Source: a virus
Length of the DNA stretch: 64,000 nucleotides
Direction: 5' to 3' (one strand)
Virus record (IMG/VR): IMGVR_UViG_3300034101_001322
Span: 1 to 64,000 of that record
In this document: piece after piece, positions 47,301-55,726 of the stretch
Numbering within the stretch: the first letter of the stretch is position 1
Layout of the letters: each line of letters opens with the position of its first letter
Translations under genes and position numbers: made by a program
The notes under the pieces: generated by a model
Database searches by the model: none
Seen by the model: only the letters and a program-made list of their open reading frames with translations
Told to the model about the DNA's origin: nothing

Positions 47301-48673
47301 CATCTTATTATCAAGTTACAGGCTCACAGACAGACCAGAACGTAAGTATCGGTGGTGGTTCAGGTGGCTTAGCCGTTTTGTTAAATCCAGAAACAAATAA
47401 TGGATATTACTTTGAGATTATTGCATTAACGGAAGATAATATAAACTCTTATCTAAAATTAAATACAAGAGGGCAGGCTGAAAAGTCTATTAACAACATT
47501 GTTTTTTATAAAGTTAAAAAAGACTCTTCAAACAATAACGCCATTCCAATAAAACTTTGGGGTGGTCTATCAAAGATTCTTGTTGACGACGGAAGATTTA
47601 CAGGTCAGTACAGAATGTCTGGAGAAGATAATCCAACAGTTTATGACTTATCTGTAGAATATCAAGACATCGGAAAGACTAGAAGATTCTTTTTATACAT
47701 TAACAACAAGTTAATTAAAGTCGTAGATGATACAGATCCACTTCCAATCTATAACAATATGGCACTATTTACTCGTGGCTCATCAAGGGTTATGTTTGAA
47801 AATATATATGCTCTTTCAGAAAACTATTCACAAAACAGCGTATTCACGGTAGGAGAAACACTTGCTGCATCTTTAGCAGAAGGAAAGATTAACGCAAATG
47901 AATCTTTTAGAAAATATGCAATGAGTGGAATTATACAGTCAACCTATCTGTCTGGAATCAGCGCACAAGAACCACCAAAATACAACATGTATTTTGAAGA
48001 GTTTGGATCAATTATGCGTGAGTGTGCTTATTTTGATATTAGATATAATCGTGCATACCCAGCACTTTATGCTCAGATATCACCAACATTTAATAGGATT
48101 AAAGGCTATACCACGTCTGGGTTTAATGCTGATTCTTACGGTGCAGAGTTCTTAATATTTAATGCAACAGATAAAGCCCTTAGCCTAGATGAAACAACTG
48201 GAAACTTTTTAAGAATTCAAGGTGTAACATTTACACAGGATACAACGCATGAGTTAAGTGTAGATGAATATTTTAAAAAACGTGGAAATCTTTCTGATCC
48301 AGAGTTTAAGGGTGACACTTTAATTTATTCTCCATTAGTTGAAAAAAATAAGTATGATGAGATTAGGCAAAGTAGAATGTTATATGGGAAAAATGAATTC
48401 TCCATTGATAGCGTATATATTCAAACTCAAGATGATGCTGAAGCCTTAATGGGATGGATCATAAACAAAGTTATGCATCCTAAAAAATCAATTGGCATAA
48501 GTCTTTTTTCAATACCAACACTTCAACTTGGTGACATTGTTACGGTTGATTACAAGGACTCAGATAACATAAACCTGGTTGCGCTAGATACCGCTAGGTT
48601 TGTTGTGTATAATATAGAGTATTCAAGAGGAAACTCTGGTCCAAACATGTCCATTTATTTGAGTGAGGTGTAA
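44363..48673 (+). CDS. large baseplate hub / tail tip protein
   Basis: size and synteny; LA..TQ.AM.FDE, P.LQLGDIV.V. Confidence 0.65.
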   Translation: MFVNEALKTHLETSSTIRLQSLVLAEWNMNMPDNIYKLGNYRYRPTDTTSQYFTLPNDFDQLDAGNYYTNATDADVIIDGGFTNSNVPQLFTSKKDKMKMIYSLEDCLKPFRPRSGINKVSYFNNRFLANSGASMAQRPRYYMASRYDEFKYWTSYRTENNIERGIAKNISNNLYYIDDAAPFVVYKENVPANRLVVKMQTNVGDVDLGPFTTATTSISDPLFASANKTTPTRWKIQYLNNNSWVDAYSFRETDTRSSGAPIIGTDGYVELEYGLIIPEEYISSFVFAERLSSDTLLPETSIEGYAYLVIENEGERGTFYIWTNGDYATFAPEYGWSLGSEEVANNTNFISDLTSPDYFNNDTIGGITYRDFSYIRGIRVVVDTMNKFDSTFDLIEMSPRLAVDISDKVIDFRINKTLSDIGVTSMPVGQLLASNGQLSLFDDDQAFNPENSNSIIADYIRKNIKFNFYEVVIDVDGFDYYVPIKTLYSEGFPQADATGGTVSIELRDFFFFLESMPAPRLLTTQASLSYAITTLLDYIGFTNYVFRRVDGESDPVIPFFFIAPDQNVAQVLNQLALATQTAMFFDEYNNFIVMSKDYLMPTEAQRTTDFVLSGSNNQTDTGVTENASSGNLPNILSIASQDKKIYNDGKINYTARYIQRSYGTIRQSSMIDQEKTWIYKPALLWEVSGTEATKSINELAAKQGSYVLGAMPLNSNLSATPPIVANNVVINNIMDLGENVYWLTRYQGYLYSNGEIIRYDAAEFNITGTGNVWISSNQEYQKYFASLPFNGKIYPTGLIRIYSVPYYEVVDGITRLQGGAVVEHGRAQFGTTITTHTAGIDNYWSNNEYVRGCNMQAGLMFTTQLDEDVVYPPTTIGAAGVDNVLARQTTRNGVIKNFMANNYLTETQVNNLKSTESGTIQSSALVMNGPSFKTTETPLNFVSYVYKQLDNAYRHFGTRMRIVGKVENNVSRTQTPIGSTSYYQVTGSQTDQNVSIGGGSGGLAVLLNPETNNGYYFEIIALTEDNINSYLKLNTRGQAEKSINNIVFYKVKKDSSNNNAIPIKLWGGLSKILVDDGRFTGQYRMSGEDNPTVYDLSVEYQDIGKTRRFFLYINNKLIKVVDDTDPLPIYNNMALFTRGSSRVMFENIYALSENYSQNSVFTVGETLAASLAEGKINANESFRKYAMSGIIQSTYLSGISAQEPPKYNMYFEEFGSIMRECAYFDIRYNRAYPALYAQISPTFNRIKGYTTSGFNADSYGAEFLIFNATDKALSLDETTGNFLRIQGVTFTQDTTHELSVDEYFKKRGNLSDPEFKGDTLIYSPLVEKNKYDEIRQSRMLYGKNEFSIDSVYIQTQDDAEALMGWIINKVMHPKKSIGISLFSIPTLQLGDIVTVDYKDSDNINLVALDTARFVVYNIEYSRGNSGPNMSIYLSEV

Positions 48674-48674
48674 G

Positions 48675-49535
48675 ATGCCAGTATCAGCAGCAGAAATTAT
48701 AGCAAGTAAAGCAGCAATCGAAGCAAACAAGCAAAGAGCAGAAGAACGTGCAGCCCTTGCTGCTTCACAGGGAAATTCTGCCAGAGAACAAACTTGGTTA
48801 GCCAGCGCTGCAAGATATCAAAATCTTTTAGACATAAAAGACAGACTTGCTGCTTCTGCTGCTAGACAAGAACAGGCAAAAGAAGATGCTGAAGCAAGAA
48901 GACAGGCTGCAATTGAAGCAGCCAGACGTGCCGAAGAAGAAAGACAAAGACAACTAGAAGAAGCAAGAAAGAGAGCAAAGATTGATGGAGAAGTTGAACC
49001 ACCTTTTCGTGGAGGATATGTTGCTCCAGCAATCAGCCCAACACCTTTAACACCTTCATTAATTTCTAACCCAATTGTTTCTACTCCACCACCGCCTCCA
49101 GTTAAAACTGCTCCAATTGATACTGTTTTATTTAATGACGAAGAGGTACCAATTGAGGTTATGACTGACCTAATCTTTGAAGATATTGGTGGTCAAGAAC
49201 TAATTAATATTGCACGTAATGACATTATTAATGGTCAACAAGTTTCATATCAACCAATTAAAAACCTGTCTTCTATTCAGCAACAGTATAATCCAAACAA
49301 CATTCTTAGCCTACAGTCTACATCTGATAAATACTTTGCCAATTTTCCAATTAAACTTGAGAATAAGATACCTACTCCTGGAACTGGTCCTAGCGGAACC
49401 CACGTTTACATAGATTCTGCAAACGGAAACCTTGTTATTGAGGCTATAAATATTGAGCCTGATGAGCAGATTGAAATAGAAATCACGGTAAGTGGTACAA
49501 TATATGAAGCGGAATTTGGAGAAATAGTCTCATGA
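48675..49535 (+). CDS. tail protein with N-terminal coiled coil
   Basis: SD GAGGTG then ATG 48675; charged helix, Pro-rich linker, FEDIGGQELI domain. Confidence 0.55.
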   Translation: MPVSAAEIIASKAAIEANKQRAEERAALAASQGNSAREQTWLASAARYQNLLDIKDRLAASAARQEQAKEDAEARRQAAIEAARRAEEERQRQLEEARKRAKIDGEVEPPFRGGYVAPAISPTPLTPSLISNPIVSTPPPPPVKTAPIDTVLFNDEEVPIEVMTDLIFEDIGGQELINIARNDIINGQQVSYQPIKNLSSIQQQYNPNNILSLQSTSDKYFANFPIKLENKIPTPGTGPSGTHVYIDSANGNLVIEAINIEPDEQIEIEITVSGTIYEAEFGEIVS

Positions 49536-50686
49536 TAACTAATACAGGTAAAAGCATTATTGGTAAATATATGCTTGGTCAAGCACCAGCATATGCTTCA
49601 TTTATTGCTGTAGGTTGCGGTCCAACACCACTAGATGTCGGAGATGTTCAGGGAGATTTTTCTACAAAAGCAGCCTTAGACTTTGAAATGTTCAGAGTTC
49701 CAGTTTCATCAAGAGGGTTTGTTAATGAAAACGGTGTGAACAAGATTGTTCTAACAGCAGAACTGCCAACAGAAGAAAGATATGAGATTACCGAAGTTGG
49801 TATTTATTCAGCAGGGTCAAACCCATCTGCTGGAGCATACGATAGTAAGACTGTCTTTGCTTTTACTACTGCAGAAAACTGGCAACATCATACAGCAGAA
49901 GCAGTTACGGCTATTGATTCATATTCTGCTCCACTAGATGATCCAGAAGATGACAACGTTATCTCTGTGGCTGATGCTGTGTTTCAAACAAATGCAGACA
50001 ACTCTATATTTTATAAACCATCTCGTGCAGGAAGATATGAAAGATGTAGATTTTTAAATAATACAATTTTTATACAAGGGGATGATTCTGACATTACAAT
50101 CAGTGAAGACAGTGGTCCAACAGAGGATCACTTTGTTGTTGAGTCTGGATCAAATCATATTCACCTAACTGGAGCAAGTGTTGATTTTACTAGAAACTCT
50201 CCAATTGATGAACTTAAGTTAGCATTTTCTTTAATAAACAAAGATGGAGATTCTAACGCAATTCCAGATACTGTTAGAATTCTTGTAGATTTTGCAGAAA
50301 CCGATACCCTAGGTGGAGAGTTTGCAAGGTTTGAAGCAGAAATCAATCATGGAACATCTGGAAATCCAGATTTAGTTCAAGACTTTTCTACTAATAGATA
50401 TTTTGTAGTATCAAAACAATTACAGGAGTTGTACACAAGTGCAAACTTTACCTGGAATGCTGTAACAGTGGTTAAAATTTATGCTTGCGTTATTGATGGT
50501 GGAATTCCTTCAGAAGATTACTATGTTGCTCTTGATGCAATTAGACTAGAAAATGTTGCAACTGTAAATCCTTTATACGGTCTTACTGGATATTCGCTAA
50601 TTAAAACAGAAGGCGCTGAATCAATCATAAAGTCTCCTAATACAAGTAATTATATTGAATTTAGATTTTCAATAGGAGTTACGTAA
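49532..50686 (+). CDS. baseplate/tail structural protein
   Basis: MITNTGK..YA..IAVG.G, EITEVGIYS typical of baseplate/fibre-attachment proteins. Confidence 0.6.
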   Translation: MITNTGKSIIGKYMLGQAPAYASFIAVGCGPTPLDVGDVQGDFSTKAALDFEMFRVPVSSRGFVNENGVNKIVLTAELPTEERYEITEVGIYSAGSNPSAGAYDSKTVFAFTTAENWQHHTAEAVTAIDSYSAPLDDPEDDNVISVADAVFQTNADNSIFYKPSRAGRYERCRFLNNTIFIQGDDSDITISEDSGPTEDHFVVESGSNHIHLTGASVDFTRNSPIDELKLAFSLINKDGDSNAIPDTVRILVDFAETDTLGGEFARFEAEINHGTSGNPDLVQDFSTNRYFVVSKQLQELYTSANFTWNAVTVVKIYACVIDGGIPSEDYYVALDAIRLENVATVNPLYGLTGYSLIKTEGAESIIKSPNTSNYIEFRFSIGVT

Positions 50687-51186
50687 TGGCTAATGAGTTT
50701 ATTAAAAAAGTTAAAGTTGAACAAGATAGCCTTCCAACATTAAGCAGTCTTACAGAAAAATATGATGTTAGATACAGAATAGTTTCTGAGGATAAAAATA
50801 GAATCTCTCATTGGTCTCCAATAGTTACTATTGATCCACAGTATGTTTATGTTTCAGGAAACATTTCTATTGTCTCTTCGGGGATAACAACGGTTGTTTG
50901 GGATACAGTTACTATTAAAATAGGAGCACAAGTTATTCGTCAAGCAAAAGATTATGATGTTTGGGTAAAGTGGAGTAGAGCAGCAGGAAATGGTGACTGG
51001 AATTATGTTCAAAGAATCTCTGGTAATTCTATTAGTCTTGTTCATCCATCAACATTTTATATTAATGGTGTAGATCAGGCGCAGTCTCCAAACAGAATAA
51101 CAGTAGAAGTTTACTTAAAGGGTGAACCAATAACAAGAGATTCAACAAATCTTTTAGTTTATAGTCCTGCAATGCATACGATCTAA
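50686..51186 (+). CDS. putative tail protein (Fn3-like)
   Basis: YDVRYRIVS....SHWSP. Confidence 0.5.
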   Translation: MANEFIKKVKVEQDSLPTLSSLTEKYDVRYRIVSEDKNRISHWSPIVTIDPQYVYVSGNISIVSSGITTVVWDTVTIKIGAQVIRQAKDYDVWVKWSRAAGNGDWNYVQRISGNSISLVHPSTFYINGVDQAQSPNRITVEVYLKGEPITRDSTNLLVYSPAMHTI

Positions 51187-51204
51187 TGATATAATGGAGA
51201 TATA

Positions 51205-51648
51205 ATGGCTAAAGTACCGCTACCAGAACGAGGACAACCACTAGATGTTACTTACATCTATCAGTTGGCTGATACTATTAATGATCTGTCTACACAGGTT
51301 TCATCAGCAACCTATAACTATACAACAGTTGATACGGTTAGTGCGGGTAAGCAGAGTGTAAAGACTTCTGAGGCTCGTATGATTGGTGGATACGTAGAAG
51401 TTGCTAACAACTCTACAGTAAGCGCAGGAAACGAAAAAACCTTTTCTTATGACTTTCCAAGCGACTTTAAGTATCAACCAATAGCAACGGCTACCCCAGT
51501 AAACATAGGAAACACTCCTGCTGGACAAAATGTAAGCGTTATCTTAAAGACAGTAACAACATCAAGAGTAGAAGGAATTGTAAGATTTGGTGCTTCTGGA
51601 GATTTATCTCTAGCAATTAATTTAATTATTCTTGGTATACCAAACTAA
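51205..51648 (+). CDS. putative minor tail protein
   Basis: F..DFK..P...AT fibre-type domain; TGATATAAT 51187-51195. Confidence 0.55.
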   Translation: MAKVPLPERGQPLDVTYIYQLADTINDLSTQVSSATYNYTTVDTVSAGKQSVKTSEARMIGGYVEVANNSTVSAGNEKTFSYDFPSDFKYQPIATATPVNIGNTPAGQNVSVILKTVTTSRVEGIVRFGASGDLSLAINLIILGIPN

Positions 51649-51663
51649 CATTAAGGGTGGGAA

Positions 51664-51855
51664 ATGGTTTTTTGCAAAAAATGCAAAGGTCGTATGCTTG
51701 TTGATAGACAATATAGCACAACTGAGCATATTGAGATATTCTGTATACTGTGTGGTGCAAGAACATTCTTTCACCCACCATCAGAGAGTGAGCAAGGTAG
51801 ATGGATACTGCTAAGGGAAAGATCCAGAGCGAACAATACAATAACGAGTCTGTAA
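51664..51855 (+). CDS. zinc-ribbon protein
   Basis: CKKCKG..CILCG. Confidence 0.7.
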   Translation: MVFCKKCKGRMLVDRQYSTTEHIEIFCILCGARTFFHPPSESEQGRWILLRERSRANNTITSL

Positions 51856-52343
51856 TAAAAGGAAACAAAAAGATTTGGTTTCTTAATGGAGATTTAGTTA
51901 GACTGTATCACAGTTCACGCTCTACTGGAATGGTAACTGTCTATAACATTAATAAAGATAGAATTGAAACATGCTTAAGGTCTGATTTTAGAAAAAATAG
52001 ACAAAGAGCCTATACTATTGCTGAGACTGCTAAATTAGTTAATCGTCATAGAAAGTATATGCCAAGTCTAATTAAACGAGGAGTTATCCCTAAGCCAGTT
52101 GGATCTAGCATTGATGGCAAAACTGGTTTTCAAATTAGGGCTTATTACTCAGAAGATCACGTTAGGGAGATACGTGCTATACTTGCAAGTATACATATTG
52201 GTCAACCAAGAAAAGACAAATTAATAACAAATAATATGACTCCTACAAGTCAAGAATTGACAAGACGCATGGGAGACGGTATACTTACATATACGAAGAC
52301 AGAAGATGGAAGGTTTATTCCAACTTGGTCTGAAAGCATTTAA
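51801..52343 (+). CDS. DNA-binding protein with MerR-like HTH
   Basis: YTIAETAKLVNRH....LIKRGVIP....R.YYSEDHV. Confidence 0.6.
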   Translation: MDTAKGKIQSEQYNNESVIKGNKKIWFLNGDLVRLYHSSRSTGMVTVYNINKDRIETCLRSDFRKNRQRAYTIAETAKLVNRHRKYMPSLIKRGVIPKPVGSSIDGKTGFQIRAYYSEDHVREIRAILASIHIGQPRKDKLITNNMTPTSQELTRRMGDGILTYTKTEDGRFIPTWSESI

Positions 52344-52362
52344 ACTATGAAATGGGTGGGTA

Positions 52363-52596
52363 ATGGAAAATAGCAATTACGTAGTAACAAACGAACCAAC
52401 AAAGATTAATGTAACACTAGGATATACGCTTAACCTTGGTAACTTTCAATCACTTAGACTCGATCTAGGCGTTGTAGATAGCAAGCGTGATGGAGAAACC
52501 ACAGCAGACGCTTTTGAGCGTGTCTATAAGTTTGTAGAAGACAAACTAACAGAAAAGATTCAAGAAGCACAATCAGAGGCTGCTGAAAAAGAATAA
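52363..52596 (+). CDS. hypothetical protein
   Basis: GYTLNLGNFQSLRLD motif common in phage replication regions. Confidence 0.7.
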   Translation: MENSNYVVTNEPTKINVTLGYTLNLGNFQSLRLDLGVVDSKRDGETTADAFERVYKFVEDKLTEKIQEAQSEAAEKE

Positions 52597-52904
52597 TGGC
52601 TGAACGCAAAGACCGAATGGCTTTGCTTAGTAGGTACAGTAAGTTCCATACAGCAAAGTATGAGCAAAAGCCATCTTTAAATTTAAATGTTGAGCAGTGG
52701 GCTTCCGATGCACTCATAGAGTCATACGGAATCAGCAAGTGCTATGACATATTGGAATATTACTTTAGCGTAGCACAAGATCCAAGTTGGAACTACTTTG
52801 CATACAATGCAGAAAAAATTCTAAATGGTAAAATTGAAGTAGATAAAGATAATGAAGAACGAATTGAGCGCAGACGATTAGCAAGGAAGTGGCTAAGTGA
52901 ATAA
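52596..52904 (+). CDS. hypothetical protein, possible replication initiator/helicase loader
   Basis: overlaps start of helicase. Confidence 0.55.
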   Translation: MAERKDRMALLSRYSKFHTAKYEQKPSLNLNVEQWASDALIESYGISKCYDILEYYFSVAQDPSWNYFAYNAEKILNGKIEVDKDNEERIERRRLARKWLSE

Positions 52905-54120
52905 TACAGAGGCAAGAGTTATATCAGCATTACTTGAAGATAAGCAGATGCATGTTTTACTGCAGGCAAATGTAGATAATCTTCTTAGAACTCATAATGA
53001 TATCTGGAATTTTATTCGTTTATACTTTGAAAACAATGGAAGCGTACCACCTGTATCTCTTGTTGTTGAAAAGTTTAGAGACTTTCAACCAGTTGCTGGT
53101 ATTGGTGCTACTAAGCACCACCTAGAAGAACTTCAGACAGAGTACTTAAACGATAGCCTTAAAGATATTCTACGATCTGCAGCAGGTGAAGTACAAGGCG
53201 GTGAAGGTTCAAAGGCATTAGAAGAACTAATTACAAAAACATCAGAGTTAAAAAAGAATACTTCTGCTATCCGTGACATTGATGCTACAGACTTAGAGTC
53301 TGCACTTGCATATTATGAAAATGTACAAAAGCAAAAAGAAACTGGTCAGATTGGCATTAAAACAAATCTTCCAGGGTTTGACAATTACCTGCCTTCTGGC
53401 ATTATGCCTGGGCAACTTGGAGTATTCCTAGCCTATCCTGGTATTGGTAAGTCTTGGATGGCTCTATACTTTGCAGTACAGGCATGGAAGCAAGGTAAGT
53501 CCCCATTAATCATTAGTCTTGAAATGTCTGAAACAGAAGTTCGTAACCGTGTATTTGCAATTATGGGTGAAGGTGTTTGGTCACACAGAAAGTTGAGTAA
53601 CGGAGAAGTAGAACTTGATATGCTAAAGAATTGGCATAAAAATAAAGTTGAAGGAAAGCCAGAGTTTCATATTATCTCAAACGATAATGGTGGAGAGGTT
53701 ACTCCATCTGTTATTCGTGGAAAAATCGATCAATACAAGCCAGACTTTATTGTTGTAGACTACCTACAACTTATGAGTCCAAATCAAAAGTCAGACAATG
53801 AAACGGTACGAATGAAGAACCTTTCACGAGAACTTAAACTTATGGCTATTAGCGAAGAAGTGCCCATCATTGCTATCTCTTCTGCTACACCAGACGATGT
53901 TAAGGACCTTAGTAGTGCGCCAACGCTGGGTCAAACATCTTGGTCTAGACAGATTGCTTACGATGCAGATTGGGTTATGGCTCTTGGTCGTGCTACCAAC
54001 AGTGATATTATTGAGTGTGTCTTTAGAAAGAATCGTAATGGTTTTATGGGTGATTTCTTAGTACAGGTAGATTTTGATAAAGGTTATTACAGATATAAGG
54101 ATTACGAAGACGGTAAATAA
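52897..54120 (+). CDS. dnaB: replicative DnaB-like helicase
   Basis: AYPGIGKS Walker A, SLEMS, VVDYLQLM, IAYDAD, KNRNG. Confidence 0.9.
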   Translation: MNNTEARVISALLEDKQMHVLLQANVDNLLRTHNDIWNFIRLYFENNGSVPPVSLVVEKFRDFQPVAGIGATKHHLEELQTEYLNDSLKDILRSAAGEVQGGEGSKALEELITKTSELKKNTSAIRDIDATDLESALAYYENVQKQKETGQIGIKTNLPGFDNYLPSGIMPGQLGVFLAYPGIGKSWMALYFAVQAWKQGKSPLIISLEMSETEVRNRVFAIMGEGVWSHRKLSNGEVELDMLKNWHKNKVEGKPEFHIISNDNGGEVTPSVIRGKIDQYKPDFIVVDYLQLMSPNQKSDNETVRMKNLSRELKLMAISEEVPIIAISSATPDDVKDLSSAPTLGQTSWSRQIAYDADWVMALGRATNSDIIECVFRKNRNGFMGDFLVQVDFDKGYYRYKDYEDGK

Positions 54121-54121
54121 A

Positions 54122-55042
54122 ATGACAGACATATATACAGAAGATCAAATTAGACGAGTCCTAAACGGAATTGGTGTAGATGTTGAGGCAGAGTTTGGTA
54201 ACGAGTTAATTGTATACTGTCCATACCACAACAATAGTAGAACTCCAGCAGGAGAAGTATCAAAAGAGCATGGTAGATTCTTTTGTTTTGGATGCCAGGT
54301 TACTAAAAGCCTAGAAGAGTTTGTAATGACATCTTCAAACAGAACATACTTTGAGGCTGTTAGATATATTAAAAGTAAAGGTCAAGAGACTGATCTAACT
54401 AGTGTTATAAATAAAACATTGTATTCACCTCCAGACTTTGTTCAGTATGATGAACTACTGATTAAAAGATTAAACAATCAGGCTATGGAGTCACCTAGAG
54501 CAGTAAGATACTTTGAAGGTAGAAAGATCACAAAAGAATCTATGACAAAGTTTTCTCTTGGCTACTCAGAAAAACAAGACTCTGTTACTGTTCCAATGCA
54601 CAACCATGATGGAATGTGCTTGGGTTTTGTTGCTAGAACTATTGAAGGTAAAGAGTTTAAGAACACACCAGGACTTCCAAAGAGTAAGATCCTGTTTAAC
54701 CTTAACAGAATAAAAACATCAAGTACGGTCTATGTAGTAGAATCGTCTTTTGATGTTATAAGGTTGGACCAAGTAGGTTTCCCAGCAGTTGCAACTCTGG
54801 GTGCTAATGTGTCTGTATCACAGATCAGACTATTAGAAAAGTACTTCAATAATGTTGTGCTTATAGCAGACAATGATGAAGCAGGAGTTATTATGACAGA
54901 CAAGTTAATTGAAAAACTTGGCTCAAGAGTAACTGTTATTCATCTAGATAAAAAATACAAAGACATCGGAGATATGGATGATGAGTCAATAAGAAAACTT
55001 GAGTTTCAGTTTGACAATTCTATATCTGCTATGCTAAAATAA
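54122..55042 (+). CDS. dnaG: DNA primase (zinc finger + Toprim)
   Basis: CPYH..CFGC, VVES.FD, ATLG, ADNDEAG, KDIGD. Confidence 0.85.
   Translation: MTDIYTEDQIRRVLNGIGVDVEAEFGNELIVYCPYHNNSRTPAGEVSKEHGRFFCFGCQVTKSLEEFVMTSSNRTYFEAVRYIKSKGQETDLTSVINKTLYSPPDFVQYDELLIKRLNNQAMESPRAVRYFEGRKITKESMTKFSLGYSEKQDSVTVPMHNHDGMCLGFVARTIEGKEFKNTPGLPKSKILFNLNRIKTSSTVYVVESSFDVIRLDQVGFPAVATLGANVSVSQIRLLEKYFNNVVLIADNDEAGVIMTDKLIEKLGSRVTVIHLDKKYKDIGDMDDESIRKLEFQFDNSISAMLK
55011..55040 (+). promoter_or_regulatory. sigma70-type promoter for SSB/polymerase genes
   Basis: TTGACA-18 nt-TAAAAT with TG extension. Confidence 0.7.
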
Positions 55043-55066
55043 ATATAACAAACAAAGGAGAAACAT

Positions 55067-55723
55067 ATGAGCGTAGTAAAGGGACTCAAAAACATTAATG
55101 CCCTGCTCGACAAGCCAAAGTATGACGAAAACTCACCAAAGGTAAAGTGGCTAAAACTTGCCGATGGTCAATCAGTAAAAATTCGTTTCATTGAGGAACT
55201 AGATGAAGACTCTGCAAACTATAATGCAGAACGTGGTCTTGCTCTAGTTGTTAAGGAACACACAAACCCAAAGGACTATAAGCGTAAGGCTGTAGATACT
55301 ATGGAGTCAGAAGGACGTGACTGGGCAGAAGAAATGCACCGCAAGGATCCAAAGGCAGGCTGGAGAGGTCGTCTTCGTTTCTATTGCAACGTTCTAGTAG
55401 ACGATGGCATTGAAGCACCATACGTGGCTATCTGGTCAATGGGTGTTAGCAAGCAATCTGCATTTAATACAATTCGTGAGTATGCTCTTGAAACAGGAAG
55501 CATATCTAACGTACTATGGAAAGTCAAGCGCAATGGTCAGGGAACTGAAACATCTTATACAATCATTCCAGGTTCACCAGACAAAGAACCATTTGATTGG
55601 GCAGAGATTAAGCCATATCCTCTTGAGTTAGCATTGAAGAATATTCCATATGCTGAACAAGAAGCATTCTATTTGGGCTTTGATGGTCCATCAACTTCTT
55701 CTGCTACCAACATCGACTGGTAA
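55067..55723 (+). CDS. single-stranded DNA-binding protein (gp32-like)
   Basis: LKL.DG.S..IRF, K.KR.G.G.ET.Y, acidic/aromatic C-terminus; between primase and polymerase. Confidence 0.65.
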   Translation: MSVVKGLKNINALLDKPKYDENSPKVKWLKLADGQSVKIRFIEELDEDSANYNAERGLALVVKEHTNPKDYKRKAVDTMESEGRDWAEEMHRKDPKAGWRGRLRFYCNVLVDDGIEAPYVAIWSMGVSKQSAFNTIREYALETGSISNVLWKVKRNGQGTETSYTIIPGSPDKEPFDWAEIKPYPLELALKNIPYAEQEAFYLGFDGPSTSSATNIDW

Positions 55724-55726
55724 TAG

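Noticed and set aside
51632-51868. Alternative ORFs overlapping the zinc-ribbon gene
   Set aside because: 51664-51855 has the CxxC pairs and an RBS-like sequence; the others lack support
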